This document shows positions 39,701 to 51,700 of a DNA stretch of 64,000 nucleotides, piece after piece (the first letter of the stretch is position 1; every line of letters begins with the position of its first letter). The notes beneath the pieces were generated by a model. That model made no database searches. It had not been told where the DNA came from and saw only the letters and a list, made by a program, of their open reading frames with translations. Source of the stretch: Amphiscolops sp. MND2022. Its lineage: Eukaryota. The position numbers were made by a program, and so were the translations under genes. The DNA is taken from positions 55,678,001 through 55,742,000 of the forward strand of contig OZ076409.1 in assembly GCA_964187785.1 (NCBI GenBank). Reading direction: 5' to 3'.

Positions 39701-42700
39701 TAAAGTTACGTAAATTATGGTTTGTACCATTGTTATTTTCATCTGAAATCACGGACAATGCCATGAATGTTTTTCAAAACATTACTGTTGAGTTTTTGCA
39801 AGACCTGGTGGCTATAAAAGTTTTTCAAAAATTGCTAGAATAAATGTTCCATTGCGCACTATTTACCGGTGGATTACCGCGGTTGAGGAATAAACTGTAC
39901 AGTGTAATGGATCGGTCAGTATATGCACAGAGAGCAGTGTTGGAAAAAAATCGGATTTTTATTTTAAAAAATCAAAAAATCGGATTTTTTTATTCAAATC
40001 GGATTTTTTTTATTTATATCGAAATCACCTACAGTGTTAGTCTGAAAACATTTTCACTACGCAACCTTCCATAATTCAGAACATACACTTAGAAAGCATA
40101 ATATAATACTTCAAAATCATCGGGACATGTTCAGGGTTTTCAGAAGGAAAACCAGCTTTGCTGATTTTTCCACTCCTGGGCGATTACAAAAATTTCAAAA
40201 ATACAAAATTTCCATTTCCTTCACTATATACAGATATACACTAAAAATAAATCAACCAGAAGGCTTTGATTTAAATCTTGATTTTAATCGGATTTTTACT
40301 GTTGATTTAAATCAATTGATTTAAATCAGCCAACACTGTCAGAGAGACTTGATTTGGTTGCATCCAGATTGAGATCAGCGCCGCAGTTGGGCCCTTTACT
40401 CGACAGTCTTAATGTTGAAGAATACTTCTTTCTACATTGGGTATAGTCGGCGTTCAATAAACAAGCCGGTACCGGCCCAAGTCGGCGCCATACCTAAGTC
40501 TCAAAAATAGCAAAAGGACTTCAAAGTGTCAAAGTGTTGGTGAATTGAGACCCTTTGGTGAAATTTTTAGGAGTCGGAAAAAATTTTCGACTACTTATGC
40601 AATCGTGTTGTTTTTTTTTCTCCCGACCTTTTCATGAAAATTTCAAATTTCTCAAAAACTGTCCATACGATTTCAATAAAATTTTGCACAGTCATTCTAC
40701 ACCGAAAGGGGCCCCTGCGTGCGCAATGGCATCAAAATCGTATGACTGGGTTGTGAGAAACATAGCCAAAATTAGCCCAAAAATGGCCGAAAAACAGCCA
40801 TTTTTCGACTTTTTTCGATTTTCTCAAAAACTGTCCATACTATTCGAACGAAATTTTCTACAGTTATTCTACACCATATTAGAGTCCTATATGTGCAATG
40901 GCATCAAAATCGTATGGCTGGGATGTGAGAAACATAGCCAAAATTAGCCCAAAATGGTCAAAAAAAGGGCCATTTTTCGACTTCAGAAGGAAAAAGACCT
41001 AAGCCGACTCCTTTACCGCACATGCGGCTCTGGTTTTTTCTCCCGACCTTTTCATGAAAATTTCAAATTTCTCAAAAACTGTCCATACGATTTTCACGAA
41101 ATTTTGCACAGTCATTCTACACCCAAAGGGGCCCCTGCGTGTGCAAAGGCATCAAAATCGTATGGCTGGGATGTGAGAAACATAGCCAAATTTAGCCCAA
41201 AAATGGCCAAAAAACAGCAATTTTTCGACTTTTTTCGATTTTCTCAAAAACTGTCCATACGATTCGAACGAAATTTTCTATAGTTATTCTACACCATATT
41301 AGAGTCCTATATGTGCAATGGCATCAAAATCGTATGGCTGGGATGTGAGAAACATAGCCAAAATTAGCCCAAAAATGGCCGAAAAACAGCCATTTTTCGA
41401 CTTTTTTCGATTTTCTCAAAAACTGTCCATACGATTCGAACGAAATTTTCTACAGTTATTCTACACCATATTAGAGTCCTATATGTGCAATGGCATCAAA
41501 ATCGTATGGCTGGGATGTGAGAAACATAGCCAAAATTAGCCCAAAATGGTCAAAAAAAGGGCCATTTTTCGACTTCAGAAGGAAAAAGACCTAAGCCGAC
41601 TCCTTTACCGCACATGCGGCTCTGGTTTTTTCTCCCGACCTTTTCATGAAAATTTCAAATTTCTCAAAAACTGTCCATACGATTTTCACGAAATTTTGCA
41701 CAGTCATTCTACACCCAAAGGGGCCCCTGCGTGTGCAAAGGCATCAAAATCGTATGGCTGGGATGTGAGAAACATAGCCAAATTTAGCCCAAAAATGGCC
41801 AAAAAACAGCAATTTTTCGACTTTTTTCGATTTTCTCAAAAACTGTCCATACCATTCGAACGAAATTTTCTACAGTTATTCTACACCATATTAGAGTCCT
41901 ATATGTGCAATGGCATCAAAATCGTATGGCTGGGATGTGAGAAAATTAGCCCAAAAATGGCCAAAAAACAGCCATTTTTCGACTTTTTTCGCTTTTCTCA
42001 GAAACTGTCCATACGATTCGAACGAAAGCGAGTCAGAAGGAAAAAGACTTAAGCCGACTCCTTTACCGCATATGCGGCTCTGGTTTTGAGTCTCACAATG
42101 TCGAAAAAAAACTGAAAGGGGGAGACCCTTTGCAATTTTTCAACATCCATTCTGTCGCAAAACTGCAAAACAATTGAAGGGGGATCCTTTAGGCAGAAAT
42201 TTTTTCGAGAAAAAAGTCGCACAATGCCGAAAAAACAAAGGGGGACCCTTCAATGTGTGTGTGTGTGTGTTTGTTGAAGCTCCCGTCTTCGACCGTTAAG
42301 CCGCAGTCGTCTGGATCTTTCCAGAGGCACGAAGATATTCAATGACGAATTTCGAGTTTGTCCATAATATTTCGAGGTTTGGGTTTGGGCCAAATAATTC
42401 CAAGCGTTTTCGTTCATTCATTGGGCATTTCAGGAGTGCGTGTTACAGATCATCTGTTTTGCCGCATTCGCACTTGTCTGAGTCGTCAATTCCTATGCGG
42501 TATTTGTAGCTTCGCAGCATAGGGCAGTGGCCGCCTTAGTCAGTTTTTGTCAGTTCCTTTCTGGTTTGACGGTGTGTTCCCTGCTGGTGGGATATTTTCG
42601 TGGTTGATTGATCTTCTCCAATTTTGTGTAATGCTTCGTTTGATAGCTGCCTGTGTCGAGCGGTTGTAGTGTTTGGTCTAGTCTAGTGGCAAGCCGGGCT

Positions 42701-45700
42701 GTCCTGTCTGCTGAATCGTTGCCTCTGAGTTTCGCGTGTCCCGGTGTCCATTGGATGTGGATTTCTTTCGTCATGTTACTACAATCTTTCAGGAGTTCCC
42801 AGGTTTCTAACTCCGTGGTTTCTGCCGCCACCTGGGATCCAGCTCGTAGTTTGCTGACTAGCGACTTTGAATCCGTGTAGACATGAACAGTTTTCCCTCC
42901 AACGAGGTCTGGGTTATTTTGTTAGCCATTCAAGTGCGGTTTTGAAGACAACGTACTCAGCCCTGTAGCTAGAGATTAGGCTGGCTGGAGCTAGCAGTTC
43001 AGTTTCCCCCATTTTGTTTCCGAAGATCAGGACTCCGCCTCCCCCGTTGGTGGTTCTCTGTGCTGCTGAACCATCGATCCATACTTGTACATCTGGGACG
43101 GGAAGCGCCTGTAGTGTTTCCGCTGCCGCTAGGTCGCGTGTTTCTACTGGGTCTCGTTTCGAGCATTTCCTGATTAATTGGTCACTCATGGTAATCCTGT
43201 TGATCAGATCCCCCGGGCCGTATTGCTGCATTGATGGAGCTTTTCCCGTGGTAGGTTCAATAGATTGTGAGTATTGAGTGTTTCCTTTGCCGATTCTCCA
43301 TGACGGTTGCAATTTGAGTCTACGTCGAACTTAGGCTTTCGCCGCGTCTACAGCTGGGTTGTCTGTCGGTTGGCGTAGACTTTTGTCATATGCACATGCT
43401 GCTTTAATTTCAGCTTTGACCTGGATCGATGTCAGGCTTGCTTCTGCATTTAACAAGTCCACCAGCGTGTCACGACAACAGCCTGTTATGATCCTCGCAG
43501 CACAATTTTGCAATATTTGCAACTTGTCGAGAATAGTTTTTGGCATCGCCGGTAGGTAAGCGCCTGCACAATAATCGATTGACGAGGAAATGTATGTGAT
43601 GTAGCGCTCTTCCTTTTCCATTCCCCAAGTTCTTCCTGTCTGGCATTTGAGCACGTTTATCTTCTTGTGCAGCTTTTCTTGGAGCGCTTGTGTGTGTGGC
43701 CTGAATGACAGTGTCCGGTCGAACTTGATTCCAAAGAAGGTGGGGGCGGGATAAACAGTATTTCGTTATCGTCAAAATACGGTGTTGGCTTCCATCGTGC
43801 TTTCTGTGGAGCCATGCTGAAAAAAACATTCACATTTTTCGACGATGACATTTAATCTCCATTTCTTGCACCATTTGCTTAGCACATCCATCGCATTTTG
43901 CAGTTTCTCTTGGGCCTTGTCTAGAATCTCATCCGAAACCTCCTGGTGGTGAGGCACTCCTGCTGGTAAATCATCGAGGATGTCCTTTATAAAAATTAGA
44001 AAGATTCAGGGCGAGGTCACTGAACCTTGAGGTATTCCAGCTTTGCCGATACCTGCTGTTTACATTTTCAAATCTGACTCTAGTGCTCCGGTCTTGTAGG
44101 AAGGATATGATCCATTTCACATAACACATTTTGAAACAGTCTCATAGTGCCGAAAAACCTAAAAGGGGAGACCCTTTGGGCTTTTTGAAGCTTCAGTTTG
44201 CTGCAAAATTTCGATAAACATCAAAGGGAGACCCTTTGGAGACAAAAAAAATTCGGAAAAGTCACAGTGCCAAAAAATTGAAAGGGGACCGTTTAGTCTC
44301 GTCCGCTTTCGCAAATGCTCGAAAAAGTTTCTGGCTAAAGCAAGGACTCGAACCCGTGACCGCTGGGTTCAACGTAAACCAAGTAAAGTCTATACTAAAA
44401 AGTTGTACATACATGATGAGGTCTGTGGTCTGACGGAAAAAAATTAAAAGACTAGCCACTGTAATTGTCGGGCTCTTTTCTCTAGAAAAGTGCCGACTAA
44501 AGACTAGTCATTGGTCGGGTTCGAGAACACCCTAATCACTGGACCAAATTTCGGCGTGAACAAACTCTGTTCGAAAAGTGGATTGTTTAGTGTGAGGTCT
44601 GCGGTCTGATAGAAAACAAAAGGGGAACCCTCTGGGGAAATTTGAAAAAAAAAACGCTTTTTCTCGCCTTTAAATGTAAAAAAAACAAGGCACTTCAAAA
44701 ACAGTAGCACAGTCCAGAAAATCAAAGGGAGGACCCATTGTAGTGTTTTGTTCCGTTGGTGATGTGAAAGTGAGGAAAATTTAAAGGGATGATTTTTTAG
44801 CACCTGTTGGTGCACTTTCATTCTTAGCAAGGAGATTGTAAGACGTGTACCTTCCAGAGTTGAAACTCTGGCCTTATGAAAAATTTTAATATGTTCCAAT
44901 GTAAGAGTCGCTCACTTTTCTTCAAAAAGCACCGACTAAAAACAGACAAAATGAATGTTTTGTCCATTTTCCTGGTAGGACACGCCAAATAGCAATATTT
45001 ATGCTGTCTCCAAGCCATAATGAAATACTTGCTAGCACGTGGTCAAACCATGGTTGCCTCATTGGAACGTGATTTGAAAATAGCTTGCTCAATGTCACAT
45101 CTGATGTGACTCCTCACCATTTGTTCTTTTATTTAGCTGTTATAGCCAAAAGCGTCATTTTATGTCATCTCCAGGTCACTGAAGTGTACAATAAGCCTGA
45201 AGGGTTCAACAGAGCTACTTGAGAGATGCCTATCTAGTATTGCACTAGGGCGAATGATCTAGCAAGTGAGCCGCTGATAGCAAACGGAAAAATACATTTT
45301 CAAATACGATTATCAAATACGATATCAGCTACTTGCCGTTTTAGCGTTTCCTAGAGTCTTCACCTGTTATTCTATTTATTTTATTGAAACGTTAAAAAAG
45401 TCTACCAAATCGAAATGAGATTTGAAGTATTCTTTTAGAAAACAAACAGTAAAGTGCTGTTGTCCCGTCCGGTTTTGTATCTTACGTTTGAAATGTGAAT
45501 GAAATGGGGCCCCTTGGAATAATTTAGAAGCGTTTCCGGTTGCCGTTCTAATAGTTCACACCTTTTAAAACGCAATTTGTAACTTTGAAGTGCATTCAAT
45601 TTGAAATTCAGCTGAAAAGTAAAATCAATTAAAATTCCGGGAATTCATTTTGAACAGAGTGAATAAAAACCAACAGAAGTGAGTTAACTTTGAATTTTGT

Positions 45701-48700
45701 AAATTCAATTTGAATGTCCAGATTATCCTTCAATATTGTCTCTTGCTAGACATCGGGGAATGTAGGACATAGTGTGGTTCACCATCCAATGCATTTGGTC
45801 TCGGTAATTTCACAAGCTGTGGCTTCTTTAATGCTTCTCAAAGTGTCAAATCGTACTGCTGAAGAGACCGGCCTCCAACATCAAATTCAGTAGGATTCTG
45901 AAAAGCATCCATTCGTTCAGTCAAGTTTCGATTTATTGCACTCTTCCAGCACGAAATAGCATTTTCCACCATAGATAGAAAAGGACTGTACATTGGGAGT
46001 CTCTTAATTTCAAAAATTCCATTGCAATTCGTATCCTCAACTCCATGGTGGACAGGAGCGTTGTCAAAAATACAAAATGCTCTCGCATCTCCCTCATCTG
46101 GGATAATGTTATCACATGAACCTTGCAAAAATATTGGAATGACTGTTTTTTCATGCCTCCTTGTAAAATTTCATAATGAAGACCTCCTCGTGTTGATATT
46201 GGCTCCAAGTTGGCCTGAAACTTTTCTGAAGTCTTTCTGTCCTACATTTGCGCGCCCTTGAGTTCTGGTGTGTATGTTGCATCCAGATTCATTGATCTAA
46301 TTTTCTCTGGCCTTCGCAATGTGTTCACTCATGAGCAATTTCGTACTTTTGCATCAATAGTAAACGATGAATTTCGCTCTGCTGGACAGTCCCTTACAAT
46401 TTTTACAGTAATCAATTGCCCTCCAAAACTCTGGACAAAGCTTGCTGAGTGAAGAATGGTTTTTCCGGTAGATGTGCTCGAAGTAGTGAATTCCATTGTT
46501 CCAGAGTAAGAAGTGGATTTTCTTCCAAGAACTCAACAGCTTTGCTAACAATTTCATTGTCAATTTTTTTGCAATTGCCATTCCTTTGGCCAATTTGAAC
46601 TCACGTCCTGTTTTTACAATGCTGTACGCGGTGCCTGCATTGATTCCCAGTACTTTTGCTACAGCCAAAAAGTCATTTCCAGTTTTGTGGGCGTCTAAGA
46701 GTCGCTTCCGGTCTATTTCAGAAACTGATATGTACGATCCCCGAATAGGCATTTCAATCAAAACGTGAGAAAATTCTAGTATGTTTGAATTTATTTTTCA
46801 ATGTTCAGAAAGATTTCATTTTCGGCATGAATTTTACTTCCGTTTCGAAGTTGTTCAAATTGAAAGTTCTAATTTCAGAATGTTTTTTACGGAAAAGGCA
46901 GTTTCAAAATGATTTCATTTTTGTTCAATTTGAATTTTCAAAACCCGAAATTGAACTTGTTGTTAGGTTGTTGTTAGGTTCAAAACCCTAAAAGTTGTAG
47001 TAGTTCTGTAAAAAGTGTCCACTACGCATACATTCTGTTGTCTGGCTAAAAAAAACTAGTCACTGCAATAGTCGGGGTTTTTTCCTTTAAAGGAAAAGGC
47101 GTCGAATTAAAATATGAGGTCGCAACCACATCCCTTCTTTTCGAGAAGATCCCAGCTTCTTTTCGACGTATCCAGCGAACTAAATTACTATCGCATCACA
47201 ATTTACTGAATATCTATACTCATCACAAAGTATTGTTTCACATCCAGAGACTTTCAGTAAGTTGGTGACATCTCTAAAAAGAGGACAACGGGTCATCTTG
47301 TTTTTCTTAAGTCGTTCTACATTGCCGCTCTTGGATGGGCCTTTACCTGACTGTACCCGCTTTTCTGCAGTTGTTCTTTGTAATGCACATGTTCCCATTT
47401 TCCATTAGAAATTTGAACGCTTTCAATTAACTAAGGGTTTGCCATTTGGGGTCCGGTCTGTTTCTGAGTCATCGCATCCTTATTGGATCTTCAATAGATT
47501 GTCAAGCTAGTAAAATAACCAAGAATTCATGTAACAAATTTAAAATATTGGGTTATAAATTTTCCTTTCTGTAATCAATACATTTTGAAAAGTCAACAAT
47601 AAAATGCTTTTTCATTTGGACTCGGCAAGTGTAATGCCTAAGAATATTTTTTTTTTGCCCCCGCTACTGTTTGGTAACATGACATGAGGTGGTCAAGATA
47701 AGCGTGTAGGTATGGAAAAATCAAACTTGAATTAATTCCGTTGCGATGATGAGATGTTGAAAACCATTCAAATCTGATCTTCATTTCTTTCCCTCACCTC
47801 ACGACTTCCATAAAATGTCGAATCGCCTAACGCTCAATCATCTTTCTGTCTAACTGTTTGAGTTTTATGGTAGATGAAAATATAGGTCACTGGAATTAAA
47901 AATCCATCTTGTAGTTTGAGTTGCTCATCAATCCTATCCTACATGTCATTCTAATGAAACTTTTGAATATCCTTCTGAACGTATGTATCCGATTGCAGCC
48001 AAAAATTGTGCATTGGATTTTCAAATTCTTTTCAAAGTATTCAGTGATGAAATTTGAATTGATTGGTACTTTGAAGACGGACATTTTTTCGAAGAGAGTC
48101 TACTGAATGGATGTTCTGAGCTATTTTTGGGAAAACGCATTCGAACGGCTTTTGATTAGTAAATGCTCCCTTTGCAAAACGGGCACTGCTATTTTCAATG
48201 ACGGTTTGTTATTCGGAAGAATACAGTTGATTAAAGAAATTCACAAAATGCATGAGAAAACTGGGACAATGTTAAATGAAGCTTTCCATTTTTGTTGCAG
48301 GTCTTTCTGGCGGACTCGATTGAGACGCGTGGCATTGGGACAGACATGGCCATTCTTGACTCAATGTACTTCCTGGCTGAGTTCGCTCTCACCGTTTTCG
48401 ACAGTGCTTTTGTCTTCATTATAGGCTCAACTTACGCGTACATGTACGCCACCATAGTATTCGGAGTAGTGACACTGGCTCTTGCCTTTCAAATAGTGTT
48501 CGAGGAGAAACAACTGGCTTGGATGAATCTGAAGGTCACGGACTTACGGGAACAAATCTTAGTTAAAAATAACGGAAGTAGTATTAACGAAAATCTTGAT
48601 ACCTTAACAAGTGTAAATGCTGCTGAGTTGAATCATGTAAACACCTCAGGTAATTTGGTGAGGAAAATTAGTAACCCTCTCGAAATAGTTGTTGATGGTC

Positions 48701-48729
48701 AGAGTGATAGTATGTCATCTAATGTTTAG
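27538..48729 (+). CDS. SLC45A3: SLC45-family (SLC45A3/prostein-like; GPH/MFS) sugar:H+ symporter, 7 exons, 567 aa: join(27538-27724,29493-29774,30732-30970,32175-32475,32743-32879,33881-34009,48301-48729)
   Basis: Family motifs: GLEF...GPLLGF; SDNCRSRYGRRKPF; DFSSQVAFTPLEALLAD; YSFMVGVGGVFGYLITSLDW; LFFTDFVGEAVFNGDP; YDQGVRVGSIGL; VPFNLVSKYH; RGIGTDMAILDS. Exon phases are consistent (1704 nt = 568 codons). The paralogue assignment within SLC45 is approximate. Confidence 0.92.
29493..29774 (+). CDS. SLC45A3: SLC45-like exon 2
   Basis: Acceptor tttcag; ERSDNCRSRYGRRKPF...DFSSQVAFTPL; donor G|GTAAGA. Confidence 0.93.
30732..30970 (+). CDS. SLC45A3: SLC45-like exon 3
   Basis: Acceptor ttttag; EALLADM...GGVFGYLITSLDW...SMRHAK; putative GC donor AAG|GCACTG just before an in-frame TGA. 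Confidence 0.85.
32175..32475 (+). CDS. SLC45A3: SLC45-like exon 4
   Basis: Acceptor acag; DNPS...LPYCLKRLCIYQFFAWSGLMSYSLFFTDFVGEAVFNGDP...YDQ; putative GC donor CAAG|GCTAGT. The 5' boundary is less certain. Confidence 0.85.
32743..32879 (+). CDS. SLC45A3: SLC45-like exon 5
   Basis: Acceptor cttcag; GVRVGSIGLLVHC...STLS; donor GTGAGT. Confidence 0.85.
33881..34009 (+). CDS. SLC45A3: SLC45-like exon 6
   Basis: Acceptor gacag; IVIMV...GFFMGAMLSVPFNLVSKYHDYEN; donor GTTAGT. Confidence 0.88.
35344..36870 (-). mobile_element. Helentron-type non-autonomous element (HINE family A) containing a Merlin fragment
   Basis: On the minus strand: 5' T-run + subTIR agtcggcgc + partial IR gcgact (36836-36870); 3' subTIR ggcgccgact + degenerate hairpin + TT (35344-35373); internal aaaggggaccc repeats. 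Confidence 0.8.
35525..36340 (-). pseudogene. Merlin / IS1595 (ISXO2-like) DDE transposase remnant
   Basis: Zn ribbon CPIC...WKCQNGDC. Core LGGPGVIVQADES...WVFGIV...RDTETLLPII...VHTDEWRAY...VNHSVNFVEPESGVHTQHIESY*...YLQEF. Contains stops and a frameshift. Confidence 0.92.
39935..40338. mobile_element. hAT-type MITE
   Basis: TIR cagtgttgg / ccaacactg; 8-bp TSD acagagag/tcagagag; subterminal gattt repeats. Confidence 0.85.
40564..42086 (+). mobile_element. HINE family B, head-to-tail array with three 3' ends and 172-bp internal subrepeats
   Basis: 5' ttttaggagtcggaaaaaattttcgact (subTIR + IR). 3' ccgactcct + hairpin ccgca(c/t)atgcgg + T-run at about 41004, 41596 and 42053. ctcaaaaactgtccatac recurs at 40651/40823 and 41071/41243/41415. 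Confidence 0.85.
42254..44130 (-). mobile_element. 5'-truncated RNase H-bearing LINE (I/Nimb/Ingi-like) with (AC)n tail
   Basis: RT: YVKWIISFLQDRSTRV...GIPQGSVTSP. RNase H: VWIDGSA...SSYRAE...YTDSKS...QWTPGHAKLRGNDSADRTA. C-terminal CECG...HALLKCP. Tail (gt)n at 42254-42270. Confidence 0.92.
45720..46761 (-). pseudogene. IS630/Tc1-like (DDE_3) transposase remnant, inserted in a HINE-A fragment
   Basis: HTH: RKRLLDAHKTG...VAKVLGINAGTAYSIVK. Catalytic region: CIFDNAPVHH...RLPMYSPFLSMVENAISCWKSAI. Frameshifted. The flanks 45462-45556 and 46992-47111 join into the sequence seen uninterrupted at 55773-55947. Confidence 0.88.
48301..48729 (+). CDS. SLC45A3: SLC45-like exon 7 (terminal)
   Basis: Acceptor tttttgttgcag; VFLADSIETRGIGTDMAILDSMYFLAE... 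to TAG. Confidence 0.9.
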   Translation, partial: VFLADSIETRGIGTDMAILDSMYFLAEFALTVFDSAFVFIIGSTYAYMYATIVFGVVTLALAFQIVFEEKQLAWMNLKVTDLREQILVKNNGSSINENLDTLTSVNAAELNHVNTSGNLVRKISNPLEIVVDGQSDSMSSNV

Positions 48730-51700
48730 AACTCAAAATAACATGTTCAATTCACAGAGTAATCACCCTGTAGCTTCTCCCATGATAAAGTTCACTGCGT
48801 CATTTTCCACCTTATGTTTCGATGAAGTAGTAATGGTGGACGGGATAACGTCTAAATAAATTATCGTTTTCGGGAAGATCGGCTAAAGCTGTGCCATTCC
48901 ATATCTTGATAGTTGGGTTTTGATGTTATTTCTCTAGATGTCATTCTCGCCCCTAGATTGTGTGATGTCGAGAAAAATCGACCGTACATGACATTTAATA
49001 GGGGATTCACGAATTAGTCTATCGTTTTGAATTCAATTGTGTACTTCATTATAATTTAAGGCTCTTTTCTGTTTCACCCCCCCCCCCACCACCACCAAAA
49101 TTTTTGGAAGTAAATTTCCCTAAAAACTTTAGACTAGCCTAATTAAAAGTAAAACCTTCTTTCATAATGGTAAGTTAACGTTAATTCCAATGACAATCCT
49201 TCGGGTGCGAATAACCTTAGAATCAACACCTTTTTTTTGTTTTCTTTGGACATTCAATAAAATTGAGATACGATGACCTATTTTATAAATCATCCTCCAC
49301 TTGCCGATGTTTTCAGAATTTGTTTTTATGGGACCGTTACTGACACTGTAAGGAGGCTCTGCAGCTTGCAGCGTTTTGACACCTGTTCTTCTTTGCTTTT
49401 TCTTTCAATTTTTCTTTACGGACACGCCCCCTCTGTACTATGGGCACAAACAAGCTTTTAAAAACTAACTTGTGGTTTCAATACGCGCGGTCCTTTTAGT
49501 TTTTACTAAAAGAGGAGAAAAAAGACATCAAATTATAAATAAAGAGGATGGTAAGTTAACGTTTATGGGAATAGTTTTTTGCTTGAACAAAACATTGTTC
49601 ACGCTTTTTGACTATAATTATGTTCGTATTAAGTGTTTATTGATGACTCAAAACAGGAAGCTGTTGATTCCTTCAAAAATGAGTGAGTACATATTGAAAA
49701 AGTGTGAACAAAGTTTGTATCTGAATCCTAAACTGTCACACTAAGAACAAATGTAAATTTGAAGCTTTCTGGTTTGTGTTCAAGTCTTTTTGTTATACGA
49801 TTTTCAGTAACTTTTCAAAAAAAGTTAATGGTGGGGGAAAACAGAAAAGAGCCTAATTTAAATTTTGTTCATTGGTATTTTTGCAAATTCCACCTTTATC
49901 GTTGGAAAATGAACGTGAACAGATTCCACATTTTCAAATCTGTAAACTTAATAACCTTTCGTCAATATTATCGACAATTAGCTTTCTTTTAGTGCTAAAT
50001 ATATATGGCATCGGCGGGTTTTTTCCAGAAGTCATTTTTGTAATTTTATTTCCAACTGTAAATTAACGAGTCATGCTCATCAAATATTAAATTACCTTTT
50101 CGAATTCCTGAAAAACGAGGGGGTTAAGTAAAAAAACCTCCAAAAACTTTGAGTGTTTGTAACTTAGATGCGATCCGCGGTTGCTGAACTTAATGAAATT
50201 TCACATTACACGTGGACAGTTGATATCAAGAGATGGTTTTTGGTGCTTGTTCCAAAATTCTAAATATAATACTTTTATATTCGATTCATTTTGAGGGTTT
50301 TGAATTCAAATTGTGTATCTCTTGAATCGCTCCAGATTTTCTGTTTAAAACCCTTGTACAAGCACGTTTCGAGAAAGTTGAATATTTCTGTACCGATAAA
50401 CGAGGAAGGGATTTCAGTTGATGTGATCTTCAAGTTTCCGTACGTTACATGAAACGTTGACACTTCAGGTTACAGGCTTCAATACAAAAACTTCTCTTGT
50501 TAGTGCAAGCAATGCTAAATTGTTTGATGCATCGCTAGTTATCACATTTTTCGGCGGAGCAAGATCATTCAGATGTGATTCATGCTTTCCGTACTTTTTT
50601 GGTGTTCTTTCTATTCCAAATGCAAAGTTAATTCAGGTTGAACGTTGTTGCCTTTCATGTATGTGTTTCTGATGTTGATTTGAGAACGAAGTAGTACGTG
50701 ATCTGGCGAAATTAGCTATCTGCGGTATGTTCGTTGTAGTTTATACACGTGACTCTGCTCGTGTGGTCCTTCCAAAAATTAGCAATACCGGTGTGACCTT
50801 CAGTCCCTTAACGTAATACACAACAAAAGAATCAATGAGGAATGTCGTGAAAAATTGGCATAAGGTATCAGGTTACCAATTCTTAATTCTTTGGTTGTAT
50901 TTTACTTTTAGGTTTGTGAAAACGTTAAGAGGTAATCAAAATAATGCATATTCTCAAGGTTGATGGTTGAATTTTCCAGTCTCGCTCATCTTGAATTTTC
51001 ATGCCTCAGAAAGAGCCAATTTGGGAAGTTTTACAAGTATTAATGGAAAGTTACCTGAGAAACTTGAAAGCCATATAAGCCACAAGCTTCTTAGATGGAC
51101 AGAACCTAAGTTATCGCTGCGTGTTTAAAGAGTGCATTTTTCATCTCGGAAAATCTGGAGACTAGTTTGTATGACTGATTATGCGAAACTGCATTTAGTT
51201 GGAAACGATGAAAGGAATATTTTCCGGCTTTAGATGGCTTCACTGTGATTATCTTTCTCTTAGTTTTTCTAAGTTAATTTAGTTCCAATGGAAATGCATT
51301 ATTAAAATTCCTTCGATTTCCAACATTTGCTGTAAAGTTGGAGAGGAGATTCCACTAAGTGGGATACGTAATTCATGTGATCTTATTCTCTTCAACAAAA
51401 TACAAAATTCTTCGTAGTGCTATTTAACTTCGTCATAGTTTATTCCTACGCACAATTTTCTAGATCTTTTGAAGATAAATCAAAATTTGATGATAAAAAG
51501 CCAGTTCTCTAGAATATAGCTAGCGAAGCGATTTTAAACCCTTATCTATCCTGGTCTTGATCAATCAGTATGCACTTGCTGTTTCCAATGAGATTTTCAA
51601 TCAATTTGGCAGCAGTAGCAGATTTCAGGCCATAAACGGTGATAGGACTTACACAAGCGTTGAGAAACTTCAGGAAAAAGACAAGGAAGGAAATTTGTCT

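Larger units (their letters stand above)
40460..44502 (-). mobile_element. HINE family A (composite) with nested HINE-B array and LINE
   Basis: acaagccggtaccggcccaagtcggcgcc (hairpin + subTIR) at 40461-40489; terminal gtcgg...gccgactaaa at 44467-44501; family-A internal repeats resume at 42087 and 44130. Confidence 0.75.

Noticed and set aside
40555..42052. ORFs of 73-168 aa in the tandem array
   Set aside because: Translations of HINE-B repeats with no recognisable domain.
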